From: Planctomycetota bacterium
GTDB lineage: Bacteria > Planctomycetota > UBA8108 > UBA1146 > JAJFFE01
Direction of reading: 5' to 3'
Length of the DNA stretch: 64,000 nt
Assembly: GCA_021776775.1 (NCBI GenBank)
Contig: JAJFFE010000316.1
Span: 617 to 64,616, forward strand
A model generated the notes under the pieces. It was not told the DNA's origin. It did not search any database and saw nothing but the letters and a program-made list of their open reading frames with translations. This document shows, piece by piece, positions 9,389-19,467 of the stretch. The number at the start of each line of letters is the position of its first letter. The first letter of the stretch is position 1. Made by a program: the position numbers and the translations under genes.

Positions 9389-11800
9389 CTAGGATCCGGT
9401 CCCGAGTTTGGGAGTCGGCCGCTCGGGCGGGGGTTCGCCGTACAAGATCGCCTCGTACGTGGCCACTTCGAATGGCTTCTCGAGCCGCTTGAACAGCGTG
9501 ATGAGATGCTCGAGCGTGCTTTGAGATCGGGGGTGGTGGGGCCCGATTTCACGGAGCTGAATGCTCCACGCGTGGAGCAGCGCTTGTTTGGCTCCGTCCA
9601 GATCGCCCGCACCTATGAGACATGCGCCCTGCAGCGAATAGGATGCTGCCGCAGAGACTGAGTCCTTGCCGTGTAGTGTTTCGATGAGCTCGGTCGATTC
9701 TTGGTAGTACGTCGCCGCTTCGGCGTGCTCGCCGCGATAGACCAAGCAGTCGGCGAGGCCGCGAATCGGCATGATCATGTTCACCGTCGGGCGATCGAAG
9801 TCGAGGCGCGCGCGTTGGTCGCGAAACAGCGCCTCCGCGCGAGCGATCTCGCCACTTCGCATGAGCGCGTGCGCGTAACCGCTCTCGGCTCGCATGCGCA
9901 ACGGGTGGCTATCGCGATACTCTTTCTTCAATGATTCGATCGCTGAAACGTAGAGCTGCTCCGACTCGTCACTGTCGTTCGTGAACGGTGCGAAGTCGAG
10001 CATTGCAATGATGACGCGCCGTTCGGAGGGATCGCCGCTTCGAATGATCTTGTAGGTGACCTCGCGGAGTTGTTGGATCCCATCCAGACTCTTCTTCGGA
10101 TCGATCGAATAGGCGAGCAGTCTGGCGAGGGACCGCTCTGTGGACAATCGGCGCGGGTGTAGTTCAGGAAGAATGCGTTCACCAATAGCACGGCTTCGGC
10201 GCAGGATCTCCTTGGCGCGGTCGTAGTCGTGTTCTCCGCTGTATATGTCGGCGAGCGCGTTCAGCATGTCGACCGTATCGGTGTGCTCTTCTCCGTTCAG
10301 GTCGATGGTGTCGGCCAAGCACTCCTCGGCGAATGGGATCGCCTTGCCGGGCATGCCGTTGTGATTGAGGGCGCGGGCGATGGCAGAGAGGAGGTCGAGA
10401 CGGAGTTGCTTGCGGTGCGCGAATTCGACGCGTACCTGCTCGCCCATCGATACCAGCAGGTCGACGAGTTTGACGTCGGGACCTTCGAGGTCAGGAGAGG
10501 GCGCGGTGAACACCCTCATCAAGAACTGGTTTATCTCGTTGGCTCGCGTCGCCTCGTTCTGGGCTTGAATCGCCGCAAGCTCTGCTTTGCCTTTTTCTCG
10601 AAGGGCGAGCACGGTTCCGATCGACAGCGCGATGATCGCGACCGCCATTGCGCCGAGGATGGCGCGGTGGCGTTTGGTGTACTTGGTCAGTAGATAGATC
10701 GTGCTTGCGGGTCGTGCCGAGATCGGTTCGTTGTGGCGGTAGCGGCGAAGATCGGCCGAGAACTCCGAGACCGTCTGGTACCGGCGATCCCGTTCCTTGG
10801 CCAGAGCCTTGGCGACAATGGTCGCCAAGTCGCCGCGGTACGCTCGATCGACAGAATGCAGCGACAGGGCGTCTACTTCCTTGATGATGCTGATCGCTTC
10901 GTGAAGCGTCTTGCCCTTCACGTCGTTGGGCAGGCTCCCCGCGAGCAGCTCGAACAGCACGACGCCGAGGGAATAGACGTCCGATCGTGTGTCGAGAAGA
11001 TCCGGATCCCCGCTTGCCTGCTCTGGGCTCATGTACTGAACCGTACCGAGGATTTGACCGGCGTAGGTATGCGGGGCGGCTTCGTCGTCACTGTCGGACG
11101 AGAAGACGCGCGCGACGCCGAAGTCGAGCACCTTTACCCGGCCGGACTCGTCGACCAAGATGTTGGCCGGCTTCAGGTCTCGGTGGATGACTCCCTTTTG
11201 GTGGGCGTGTTGAACCGCTTCGCAGATTTGCTGGAAGAGTTCGAGTTTAGCGTCGGTATCGAGACTGTGGATCGTAACGAACTTCGTAATGGAGACGCCT
11301 TGCACGAACTCCATGGCGAAGAACGGGATGCGCTGGCCGTTCCCGGTAGCGGTCCCCGCCTCGAAAACACGGGCAATGTTCGGGTGCTCGAGCAGTCCGA
11401 GCACTTGGGATTCGTGCTCGAAGCGACGCTCGGCGCTCTGCGACGGAAACGCGCTGCGCATCACTTTCAGCGCGACCGTGCGCTTGGGGCTGTCCTGCTC
11501 GGCGCGATAGACCACGCCCATTCCGCCTTCGCCGATCGGTTCGATCAAGCGGTAGTGACCGACCCGCTGTCCCGGTTCGAGTTCGTTCTCTTGGAGCAGT
11601 GCGTGGATGGCGATCGGGTCGGGATCGAGCAGAGGTGTTTCGGACGCGTCACATTCCAGGAGCGCGTGCAGCTCGGCGCGAACGGTCGAGTCTTCCAGCG
11701 CTTCGAGGAACTGCTCCCGAGCTTCACCGACCAACTCCACGGCACGATCGAAGAGCGACTCGAGTTCGCGATCGCTGGGTAAGGTCGGTTTTCGTGACAC
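9389..11800 (-). CDS. Ser/Thr protein kinase with TM segment and TPR repeats
   Basis: IGEGGMGVVY, VALK, HRDLKPAN, DFG, GTVQYMSPEQ; TM AILGAMAVAIIALSIGTVLAL; helical HP..-type TPR repeats; GTG 11800 after a G-rich SD (track extends to 11884). Confidence 0.92.
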   Translation of the reverse strand: MSRKPTLPSDRELESLFDRAVELVGEAREQFLEALEDSTVRAELHALLECDASETPLLDPDPIAIHALLQENELEPGQRVGHYRLIEPIGEGGMGVVYRAEQDSPKRTVALKVMRSAFPSQSAERRFEHESQVLGLLEHPNIARVFEAGTATGNGQRIPFFAMEFVQGVSITKFVTIHSLDTDAKLELFQQICEAVQHAHQKGVIHRDLKPANILVDESGRVKVLDFGVARVFSSDSDDEAAPHTYAGQILGTVQYMSPEQASGDPDLLDTRSDVYSLGVVLFELLAGSLPNDVKGKTLHEAISIIKEVDALSLHSVDRAYRGDLATIVAKALAKERDRRYQTVSEFSADLRRYRHNEPISARPASTIYLLTKYTKRHRAILGAMAVAIIALSIGTVLALREKGKAELAAIQAQNEATRANEINQFLMRVFTAPSPDLEGPDVKLVDLLVSMGEQVRVEFAHRKQLRLDLLSAIARALNHNGMPGKAIPFAEECLADTIDLNGEEHTDTVDMLNALADIYSGEHDYDRAKEILRRSRAIGERILPELHPRRLSTERSLARLLAYSIDPKKSLDGIQQLREVTYKIIRSGDPSERRVIIAMLDFAPFTNDSDESEQLYVSAIESLKKEYRDSHPLRMRAESGYAHALMRSGEIARAEALFRDQRARLDFDRPTVNMIMPIRGLADCLVYRGEHAEAATYYQESTELIETLHGKDSVSAAASYSLQGACLIGAGDLDGAKQALLHAWSIQLREIGPHHPRSQSTLEHLITLFKRLEKPFEVATYEAILYGEPPPERPTPKLGTGS

Positions 11801-11983
11801 AGTTCGTTCCCCCCAGCCCGGATTCACCGCCGTTGAATGGTCGCCCGATCGCTCAATGATACGGGTGGCGACGACGACTTCCACCGCGCGGTTCGTGCTC
11901 GGTCTGCGTCATGGATTTCCGAAAGTGACGATCCGGCGAAGCGTTGGAGTGTCCAGCCGCGCAATGACCGCGACTTCGAGCGC

Positions 11984-12823
11984 TCAGCGACTCAGGCTCG
12001 GAAGCATCCAGGTGGGCGAGTGTTCGTGATGAGTCACTCCCGCGACTCCGGTGCTGACAAGGGCAGAGTCGATCCCGGCCGCGTTGGCGCCCGCGATGTC
12101 GGTACCGAGCTGATCACCGATCATGATGACGTTGCGCGTACCGACACGCGACAGAGCGGACTCGAAGATTGGCGCTCCCGGTTTGCCGAGGTGCGTGAAA
12201 CGCCACTCGGCTTTGGGATAGCGTGTCTCGAGCGCCGCTTCCAAGAGCAGCGCGATTCCACCCGCCGTGAACCCGAACGAGCCTTCGGCTCGCGGATAGA
12301 TGACGTCTGGGTTCGGGAGCAGCAGGTGCACCGTGTCGCCGCGATCGAGCCTTCGGTATAGCGCGCTCAACGTGTCATCGAGGCTGTCGATGAACGAGTA
12401 GCCCTTCGCGCCGCACGGGATCACCACGTCGAACTCGGCTTGCGGTGACGGGGCGACGATCGTGGCGCCGAGTGACTCGACGAACGAAACCGCGCTCGGG
12501 CCGCCGAGCACCAGTGCACGGGGATTCGTCAAGCCGTGGTCGCTAAAGTGCTCGCCGATCAACGATCCCGAGCTGATGACGCGTTCGACAGGGATGGGAA
12601 TGCCGTACCCGGCGTATCGTTCTGAGCACTCTTGCGGAGAACGTGACGCGTCGTTGGTCAGGATGTAGTACGGCCGATCGTACGACTCCAAATGCTCGAT
12701 GAGAGCGTCGGCTCCCGGGATGGGGCCGTCGTCGTGGACTAGTACGCCGTATGCGTCGAAGAAGATCGCTTCGTAGCGATCGAGGATCTCACTCATCGAA
12801 ATGGTCGGAGTGTCGTGCGTCAT
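11984..12823 (-). CDS. HAD-IIA (NagD-like) phosphatase
   Basis: FFDAYGVL, LTND, NPD, GKPG, IGDQLGTDIAGA motifs. Confidence 0.88.
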   Translation of the reverse strand: MTHDTPTISMSEILDRYEAIFFDAYGVLVHDDGPIPGADALIEHLESYDRPYYILTNDASRSPQECSERYAGYGIPIPVERVISSGSLIGEHFSDHGLTNPRALVLGGPSAVSFVESLGATIVAPSPQAEFDVVIPCGAKGYSFIDSLDDTLSALYRRLDRGDTVHLLLPNPDVIYPRAEGSFGFTAGGIALLLEAALETRYPKAEWRFTHLGKPGAPIFESALSRVGTRNVIMIGDQLGTDIAGANAAGIDSALVSTGVAGVTHHEHSPTWMLPSLSR

Positions 12824-13923
12824 AGTTCACTTTCGATGAGTTTGGCCAACAGCGCCGCGCTTCGCGGCCAGCGGTAACGGTCGATTCGATCCTGGCGCCG
12901 CAGATCCAACGCTGCGCGTTGATCTTCGTCGGTCAACAGCGTCTCCAGCCCGCGCGCGATCGACGCGGGTTGTAGTGGATCGCAGTACAGAACGCTATCG
13001 CCCAACACCTCGGGCAGGCTCGACCCGTCTGAAACCAGGCAGACCGTTCCGCACGCCAACGCTTCCAACGGCGGGAGCCCGAACCCTTCGTAGAGCGAAG
13101 GGTAGAGGAACGCGCGCGCCGACGTGTACAGCGCGGCTAGTGTCTCGTCATCGACGTCTTGCAGTTCGACGATGTCTTCTGAGCCGCGAACGCCGTCATG
13201 AGCGAAGATCGCTCCGCCGCCTCCGACGACGACGAGCTTGTGTCGCGACCGGAGGTCGTGACCGAGCAGTCGCCACGCTTGCACGCTACCGGCCACGTTC
13301 TTCCGAGGATTGCCGCCCCCCATTGTCAGCACGTACTCGCCGAGTTCGGTGACGGCCGGGGTGGGGGCACGCGGACTCCAGAACGGATCGACTCCGCACG
13401 GCACGACCGAGACGGTCTCTCGGTCGGCGATGCCGAATCGGTCGAGTTCTTCTCGGCTGAACTCGCTGTCCGTGATGACTCGACGGACGCGCCGCGCGAG
13501 GCGCGGCCACGTCAGGCGGGTGTAAGTCCGAAACGGCCACGAGAACCAGTCGTTGCTCGCGAACGGTGAAGCGTCGTGCAGGGTTAACAGTTGGTTGGCG
13601 AGGACCAGCGGTCCCATGTTGCACGGCGACCAGAGTAGATCGATCGAGTGCCGGCGACAGAGGACCGGCAGTTTCATCTGTACCCAAGCCGGCAGCGGCA
13701 GCGAGGAGTTGTCGCGCACGACGTGGTCGGCGATCGACTCCGACGGCGCCACGCCCGGGGCGAGGATCACCGTTTCGAAGGAGCGATCATCGAGGTCGGT
13801 CAAGGCGCGAGTCAGTTCGCGGGCGTAGCGCTGCACTCCGGTTTGTCGCTGCGCGAGGAAGCTACCGTTGATCCCGAGGCGGCGCGCTCGGCGAGCCTTT
13901 GGCTGTGTCACGAACGAACCCAT
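12820..13923 (-). CDS. Glycosyltransferase family 4
   Basis: TGVQRY, TLHD, NPRKN, YPSLYEGFGLPPLEA; alternative GTG start at 13911 overlaps the upstream stop. Confidence 0.9.
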   Translation of the reverse strand: MGSFVTQPKARRARRLGINGSFLAQRQTGVQRYARELTRALTDLDDRSFETVILAPGVAPSESIADHVVRDNSSLPLPAWVQMKLPVLCRRHSIDLLWSPCNMGPLVLANQLLTLHDASPFASNDWFSWPFRTYTRLTWPRLARRVRRVITDSEFSREELDRFGIADRETVSVVPCGVDPFWSPRAPTPAVTELGEYVLTMGGGNPRKNVAGSVQAWRLLGHDLRSRHKLVVVGGGGAIFAHDGVRGSEDIVELQDVDDETLAALYTSARAFLYPSLYEGFGLPPLEALACGTVCLVSDGSSLPEVLGDSVLYCDPLQPASIARGLETLLTDEDQRAALDLRRQDRIDRYRWPRSAALLAKLIESEL

Positions 13924-15620
13924 CCGAGTTCCTCGGCGGGGTAGCAGAACGAGGTACCGGTCAGTATTCCGTCGCAGACGACGTCGAGTCCCCGGCTCGA
14001 TCCCGGCTCGAGTTCGGCGAGTGATCCCACCGCCGGTCGGTAAGGCGGGTCGCCCGCGGTCGCTTCCATGAACTCGATCGGAATCATCCGGCGGAAGAAG
14101 ATGTGGTACGCGTAGCGCCGTGCCCGTTCGAGCCGCTCCTCGTCGAGCGGGTCGAGCGGAAGCTGCGTCAGAAGTTCGGCGTACTCTTCACGGCTGGCGG
14201 CGTCGTACGTAAACCCTTTGCCTCGAACCCACGCTTCGCCGGCGACGATGACCGGTTTGCCGGTGGCCGCCAACTCGACACCGGTCTTGGTTCCGTAGAT
14301 GAGCGCGGCGTTGCATTGATCGAGTAGCGCGTAGGTGCTGACTTCGCTCTCCGGCGGAACAATGCTCACGTTCGCGGGCAGGACTGGGAATGCGCGTTCG
14401 ACTTCGTCGACCACTCGTTGTCGTGACGGCAGCGTGCCACGGATCTCGGCGGGGTGGACGCGAATGACCAGGTGCAAGTCGGGGCGTGACGCGAAGTGAT
14501 CAATCGTTTCGAGGACCCAGTGCATCATGGACTCGAACGCGTTGGCCGCGTAGTGCAGCTGCGCATCCCAGATGACGTTTGTGAGCAGACCGATCACCGG
14601 TTTGTCGAGCGGGATCTTCGCTTCGCGGGTGATCGACTCGAGCGCTTCGCGCGGGCGATTGTGAAACCAGATCCAATCCTCGGTGCCCCGGCGTCGGCTG
14701 TCGAGGTAGGTGAGCAGCGCGTCACGTTCTTCGTCGCCGAACGGGATCGACTCCCACTCCGACGTCGGCTCGTCGAGGAGCGTGTGGTGATACGTATCGT
14801 CGTGGCTGAAGATGAAGCACTGCTTGCGATAGGCCGGCGTCCAATTCACGACGCGCAACCCGACGGCTCGGGCGACCGCTCCGATGATTCCCTGCGGCAC
14901 GTAGATCCCGTGGTGGAACGCGGTCGCCGTGTAGTCGTGTTCGGCGAAGAGTCGGCGGCTCACGGTGGCGGTGGTGAGCGCCGCGCGAAAGTAGCGTCGC
15001 AGGACCGCGTCGCCGGTCGGCTCCGATTCCAGATCTCCGCGGGCGAAGAACCGTAACGCGCCAGCGAGTGCGTGCTCTCCGGTGGGAACGCCGTCGAGTT
15101 GGTGGGCGCGGATTTGTTCCACTGTGAGGTCTCGAGCGAGCGCGGTGTGCTGGCCGAGTTCTTCCGGCGTGATCCAATCGCTGTAACGGTGGACGCGGAA
15201 TCCGAGTTCTTCGAAGTAGCGTTGGCCGGGTTTGAAGCAGCCGCCGCAAAGGTCGGCTTGCGGCCCGTGCTGGGCGAACGACGCCGGGTCGGCATGGGCT
15301 CTTACTTCGCACCGTTGGCACGCGTCGAGGATTCCGTCGCAAAGGAGCACGTCGACGTCCGCGCCGCGCAGCGTGAGCGCCATCCCGAGCACGCTTTCGA
15401 GCGTCGTCCCCGCCCAGTATCCACCGAGGCTGGTGGCGAGGAGTATGCGAGGACTGGGCGGGTTGGATGGTCCGGGAGCGCGCTGCGCGCACGATTGCCA
15501 CTTATCCCAATCGGGGCCGAGCAGCGCCGACCACCGGGGGTAGGCCGAGGTCCGGCCGCGGTACCAGCGAACCAGCCGGCGCAGTGTGCGAAACCGTCGT
15601 AACGTCTCGCGCACGTTCAC
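13908..15620 (-). CDS. Capsule-synthesis (KpsS/LipB-like) putative ulosonate transferase with N-terminal Cys cluster
   Basis: C-terminal TNVIWDA..., VIRVHPAE, YGTKTGVE....GKPVIV.G motifs typical of Capsule_synth-like proteins; start uncertain (15614-15638). Confidence 0.6.
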   Translation of the reverse strand: MNVRETLRRFRTLRRLVRWYRGRTSAYPRWSALLGPDWDKWQSCAQRAPGPSNPPSPRILLATSLGGYWAGTTLESVLGMALTLRGADVDVLLCDGILDACQRCEVRAHADPASFAQHGPQADLCGGCFKPGQRYFEELGFRVHRYSDWITPEELGQHTALARDLTVEQIRAHQLDGVPTGEHALAGALRFFARGDLESEPTGDAVLRRYFRAALTTATVSRRLFAEHDYTATAFHHGIYVPQGIIGAVARAVGLRVVNWTPAYRKQCFIFSHDDTYHHTLLDEPTSEWESIPFGDEERDALLTYLDSRRRGTEDWIWFHNRPREALESITREAKIPLDKPVIGLLTNVIWDAQLHYAANAFESMMHWVLETIDHFASRPDLHLVIRVHPAEIRGTLPSRQRVVDEVERAFPVLPANVSIVPPESEVSTYALLDQCNAALIYGTKTGVELAATGKPVIVAGEAWVRGKGFTYDAASREEYAELLTQLPLDPLDEERLERARRYAYHIFFRRMIPIEFMEATAGDPPYRPAVGSLAELEPGSSRGLDVVCDGILTGTSFCYPAEELGWVRS

Positions 15621-15919
15621 GCTCCGTTCGGGGGGCAACGAGGTTTCTCGAGCGGAGTTGCGTGCGGTTCACGTGCTCGAGTTGGGGACCGCATTCTCGG
15701 AATCGATGCGGAGGGTTGCAAGGCAAACAACGGTTCGTGAGAGAGCTCTGTTTTCTGGCGCAACCGTCCACTATCCCTTGCACATCCGTTCCCTCGATGT
15801 AGAGTGAAACTGCGCGTGGCATGCGTTCTAGCAAGTACTGATCTTGTTGAGACTTCAGTCGTGTTCCGCGAGCCTGCACTCACCAAATCCATTGCCATAA
15901 CTTGGGGTCGATCAAGCGC

Positions 15920-16798
15920 ATGACGAGCAATCAGGGAGACTCTCCCACCACGGGCGAGGCTCGCACTCGCAGTGTGTCCGCGGACAAAGCCACCGGTCGT
16001 TGGGCCCTCGACGAACGCGTCGCGATGGTCACCGGGGCGTGCGGCAAGCTGGGTCCGATTTGGGTGCGCGCGCTTCTCGAGACCGGTGCCCGCGTCGCGG
16101 CGCTCGATCTCGCGTCGGCCGAAGCTTCCGGGCCGTACTCCGAACTCGCCGCTCACTATCCTGATCAGTTGCAACGTTTCGACGTCGACGTAACGTCACG
16201 CGATTCGTTGACCGAGGCTCGGGACGCAGTGGAAGAACGGTTCGGGCCGGTCTCGGTCGTGGTTAACAACGCGGGTATCGATCAACCGCCCGGAGCGCCG
16301 TCGCAGTCGTTTACCGTGGAAGACATTCCCGAGGACGTTTGCCGGCAAGTGCTCGAAGTGAACCTGATCGGGCTGTTTCTCACTACTCAGGTTTTTCTTC
16401 CGTCGATCAAACGGGCTGGCGGCGGATCGATCATCAACATCGGGTCGATCTACGGTCATGTCTCTCCCGACGTGCGGCTCTATTCTCACATCGACGTCGA
16501 CCCCCCGTTCTTGAAGCCGCCGATGTACGGCGCCTCGAAGGCGGGCGTCGACAGCTTGACGCGCTATCTGTCGACGCATCTCGCCGCGGACGGAATCCGG
16601 GTCAATTCGTTGGTTCCCGGTGGTGTTCTCGGTGGGCAAGACGACGAGTTCAAACGTAAGTTCTGCGATCGCGTCCCACTGCAGCGAATGGCGACCGCTG
16701 ACGATCTGGTCGGCCCGCTGCTGTTTCTGGCGTCGGACGCCTCTTCCTACGTGACTGGGCAATCGCTCCTGGTCGACGGAGGATTGTCCGTCTGGTGA
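15920..16798 (+). CDS. Short-chain dehydrogenase/reductase (PtmA-like)
   Basis: TGACGKLG, NNAG, GSIYG, YGASK, VDGG. Confidence 0.9.
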   Translation: MTSNQGDSPTTGEARTRSVSADKATGRWALDERVAMVTGACGKLGPIWVRALLETGARVAALDLASAEASGPYSELAAHYPDQLQRFDVDVTSRDSLTEARDAVEERFGPVSVVVNNAGIDQPPGAPSQSFTVEDIPEDVCRQVLEVNLIGLFLTTQVFLPSIKRAGGGSIINIGSIYGHVSPDVRLYSHIDVDPPFLKPPMYGASKAGVDSLTRYLSTHLAADGIRVNSLVPGGVLGGQDDEFKRKFCDRVPLQRMATADDLVGPLLFLASDASSYVTGQSLLVDGGLSVW

Positions 16799-16886
16799 CA
16801 GTAGCTAGCTTTGAGTGACCGGCTGACTTTAGTTATCCTGAGGTACGCGTGCGCTGTTCGAGCGCCGTCGTGAAAGTAGCGAGGCG

Positions 16887-18359
16887 ATGAAAACGATCCC
16901 CAATTGGATCCGGAACCGTGAAGTGCCGGCCCGCGACGGCCGCACCATCGAGAAGCACGACCCCGCCACCGGCGAGGTGTTGAGCCTCGTGGCACGTAGT
17001 TCCGCCGACGATACCAAGGACGCCATCCAGGCGGCGCGAGATGCGTTTCCCGACTGGAGCACACGCACGCCCGTCGAGCGCGGTGAGATCCTCCGCCGAG
17101 TGGCGCAGATCATGGAAGAGCGTCGCGAAGAGATCGCCAGCATCGTCGCCAAGGAAACTGGCAAGTCGTTCAACGAAGGCTTCGGCGAAACCGGCGCGGC
17201 TATCGAGCAAGGCTACTTCGTCGCGGGCGAGGGTCGCCGGTTCTACGGTAAGACCACGACTAGCGCGGTGCCCGGCAAGATGGCCATGGTGTGGCGGCAG
17301 CCGGTCGGCATCGCTGGTTTGATCATCGCTGCGAACACGCCCATCGCCAACGTCGCGTGGAAAGCGTTCCCCGCCATGTTGTGCGGGAACGGCGTGATCA
17401 TGAAAGCGTCCGAGGACACTCCCGAGACCGCGTTCATCTTTGCTCAAATTTGCAAAGAAGCCGGCGTGCCCGACGGAGTCTTCAACGTGATCCAAGGACT
17501 CGGCGTGGAAGCGGGCGCTCCGCTGGTCGAGTCGCCACACGTCGACCTGGTGAGCTTCACCGGCTCGTGCGGGGTCGGCAAGTGGATCGCCGAGACGGCC
17601 GGAAAGCGACTGGCCAAGGTGTGCCTCGAATTGGGCGGCAAGAACCCGCTCGTGGTCGCGGACGACGCCGACCTCGACAAGGCGGTCGACGGCGCGTGCT
17701 CGGCGGCGTTCTCGAACGCTGGCCAACGGTGCGCGTCGGGTAGCCGGGTCATCGTGTTCGACGCCATCTATGACGCCTTCATGGAGAAGTTCACGGCGGC
17801 GACGGCCAAGCTCAAGGTCGGGACGTCGAACGACAGCTACCTCGGCGGGGTGATCAACGAGCGTCAGCTCATGAACATGATCGCTGCGGTACAGAAATCG
17901 GTGGCCGAAGGCGCCACGCTCGTCGTGGGCGGGGGACGCGTTACCGATCCCGAACTCGCCGGCGGCTACTTCATGCAGCCGACGATCTTGGCCGACGTCG
18001 ATCCCGAAGATGAGATTTCCCGAAGCGAGATCTTTGGCCCGATCACGTGTGTGTATCGGGTGAAGGGCTTCGACGAAGCGGTGGCCATGGCCAACGACAG
18101 TCCATTCGGGTTGACGTCGGCGATCTACACCCAAGACTTGGACCGCGCTATGGTCTTCGTGCAGCGCAGCAGTGCTGGCGTAGCCGCGGTCAACCACCCG
18201 ACGCACGGCAGTGAACCGCACATGCCGTTCGGCGGATTGCGAAACTCCGGCAACGGCACCCGCGAAGCGGGGGCCGAAGCACTCGATGTTTACTCAGAAC
18301 TCAAGACAGTGTACGTGAACACCGACCCCGCTCGCGCCGCGAGTGGCGGGTCCAACTAA
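16887..18359 (+). CDS. NAD(P)-dependent aldehyde dehydrogenase
   Basis: SFTGS, LELGGKNP, NAGQRC, EIFGP, PFGG. Confidence 0.93.
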   Translation: MKTIPNWIRNREVPARDGRTIEKHDPATGEVLSLVARSSADDTKDAIQAARDAFPDWSTRTPVERGEILRRVAQIMEERREEIASIVAKETGKSFNEGFGETGAAIEQGYFVAGEGRRFYGKTTTSAVPGKMAMVWRQPVGIAGLIIAANTPIANVAWKAFPAMLCGNGVIMKASEDTPETAFIFAQICKEAGVPDGVFNVIQGLGVEAGAPLVESPHVDLVSFTGSCGVGKWIAETAGKRLAKVCLELGGKNPLVVADDADLDKAVDGACSAAFSNAGQRCASGSRVIVFDAIYDAFMEKFTAATAKLKVGTSNDSYLGGVINERQLMNMIAAVQKSVAEGATLVVGGGRVTDPELAGGYFMQPTILADVDPEDEISRSEIFGPITCVYRVKGFDEAVAMANDSPFGLTSAIYTQDLDRAMVFVQRSSAGVAAVNHPTHGSEPHMPFGGLRNSGNGTREAGAEALDVYSELKTVYVNTDPARAASGGSN

Positions 18360-18411
18360 CGTGTGATCAATTTCGGCCGCCAAGGCGAGACAGCCAAGGA
18401 GAACCACAGGC

Positions 18412-19467
18412 ATGGCACGATCCCTTACGATCAACGGCAAGACGATCGACGACGACTCCCCGTGTTACGTCATCGCCGAAGTGGGTCACAACCACGGCGG
18501 CAAGCTCGAGACGTGCAAGGACCTCTTCCGTAAAGCGAAGGAGTCCGGGGCCAGCGCGGTGAAGCTGCAGAAGCGTCACAACAAGACGCTGTTCAGTCGC
18601 GAGGCGTACAACAGGCCGTATGACAACCCGAACAGTTACGGTGGCTCGTACGGCGAGCACCGCGAGTTCTTGGAGTTCGAACGCGCCGAGTACGAAGAGC
18701 TGATCCCGTTCTGCAAAGAACTGGGAATCGACTTCTTCTCGACCGCCTTCGACATCCGGAGCGCCGACTTCTTGGCCGAGCTCGACATGCCGGCGTACAA
18801 GATGGCGTCGGGGGACATTCGCAACACACCGCTCATTCGTCACGTGGCGAAGATCGGTAAGCCGATGATCATCTCGACCGGCGCCGCGACCCTCGACGAC
18901 GCGCGACGCGCGTTCGAAACGGCGGCCGAGCACAATACCCAGATTGCGCTGCTGCAGTGCACGGCAGGTTACCCGGCCGCGTTCGAAGAGCTCGATCTCG
19001 ACGTGATTCGCACGTACCGCGAACAGTTCCCGAACACCGTTTGCGGCTTGTCCGCGCACGACAACGGCATCGCCATGTCGCTGATCGCGTACGTCTTGGG
19101 TGCTCGCATTGTCGAGAAGCACTTCACGCTCAACCGAGCGATGAAGGGGACCGACCACGCGTTCAGTCTCGAACCGCTCGGTTTGCAGAAGATGGTGCGC
19201 GACCTCACGCGAGCGCGCGCGGCGATCGGCGACGGCGTGAAGAAGATCTACCCGTCGGAAGAGCCCGCGTTGGTGAAGATGGGCAAGCAGATCGTCGCGT
19301 CGACTGACCTTCGTGAAGGCGACGTCTTGAGCGCAGAGAACATCACCGTCCGTAGTCCGGGCGGCGAAGGTTTGATGCCATTCGAGTACGACAAGGTCCT
19401 CGGTATGAAGGCTCGTCGGGCGCTCGCGCAAGACACGCCGATTCGTCGTGAGGACTTGACGGGATGA
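18412..19467 (+). CDS. NeuB/SpsE-family PEP-dependent ulosonate synthase with C-terminal SAF domain
   Basis: VIAEVGHNHGG, VKLQK, K.AS, ISTG, GLSAH, VEKHFTL, DHAFSLEP; AGGAG SD. Confidence 0.92.
   Translation: MARSLTINGKTIDDDSPCYVIAEVGHNHGGKLETCKDLFRKAKESGASAVKLQKRHNKTLFSREAYNRPYDNPNSYGGSYGEHREFLEFERAEYEELIPFCKELGIDFFSTAFDIRSADFLAELDMPAYKMASGDIRNTPLIRHVAKIGKPMIISTGAATLDDARRAFETAAEHNTQIALLQCTAGYPAAFEELDLDVIRTYREQFPNTVCGLSAHDNGIAMSLIAYVLGARIVEKHFTLNRAMKGTDHAFSLEPLGLQKMVRDLTRARAAIGDGVKKIYPSEEPALVKMGKQIVASTDLREGDVLSAENITVRSPGGEGLMPFEYDKVLGMKARRALAQDTPIRREDLTG

Noticed and set aside
15817-15833. TGGCATGCGTTCTAGCA as a sigma54 promoter for the SDR operon
   Set aside because: GG to GC spacing is 11 nt rather than the required 10
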